Source: Raja brachyura (taxonomy: Eukaryota). From it: 64,000 nucleotides of DNA. Below, one piece after another: positions 63,976 to 64,000 of the stretch (its first letter is position 1; each line of letters opens with the position of its first letter). The notes below the pieces were generated by a model. It made no database searches. It saw only the letters and a program-made list of their open reading frames with translations, and was not told the origin of the DNA. Made by a program: the position numbers and the translations under genes. Location of the stretch: contig OY740785.1 of NCBI GenBank assembly GCA_963514005.1, positions 20,708,001 through 20,772,000 on the forward strand, in the 5' to 3' direction.

Positions 63976-64000
63976 GACTGACTCCATATACCTTGATTCT

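Overview
Eukaryotic, repeat-dense non-coding DNA with no convincing host protein-coding exon. The repeat mix suggests a cartilaginous fish, probably a skate or ray (inference). It includes CR1, Rex1/Babar, L2, RTE and Vingi-like LINEs, Penelope-like elements (PLEs), tRNA-derived SINEs, and Tc1, Harbinger and hAT-like DNA transposons. Unique stretches look T/G-rich on +, compatible with a large intron of a + strand gene (not demonstrated). Almost all supplied ORFs are TE fragments or chance. Main observations: (1) more than 20 copies of a Penelope terminal module carrying a minimal hammerhead-ribozyme motif (CUGAAGA-A-stem II-GAAACGUH); several form 135-220 bp fold-back units with their own 11-14 bp target-site duplications (TSDs). 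(2) A 3.6 kb cargo-filled DNA transposon with CAGGGCTC ends and a 5-bp TSD. (3) A 1.05 kb insertion with Crypton-like termini. (4) A CpG-rich non-coding retroposon family with Rex1-type tails. (5) An exact 142-bp triplication of a chimeric TE junction. Family calls come from motif recognition by eye, not database searches, and boundaries of degenerate elements are approximate.
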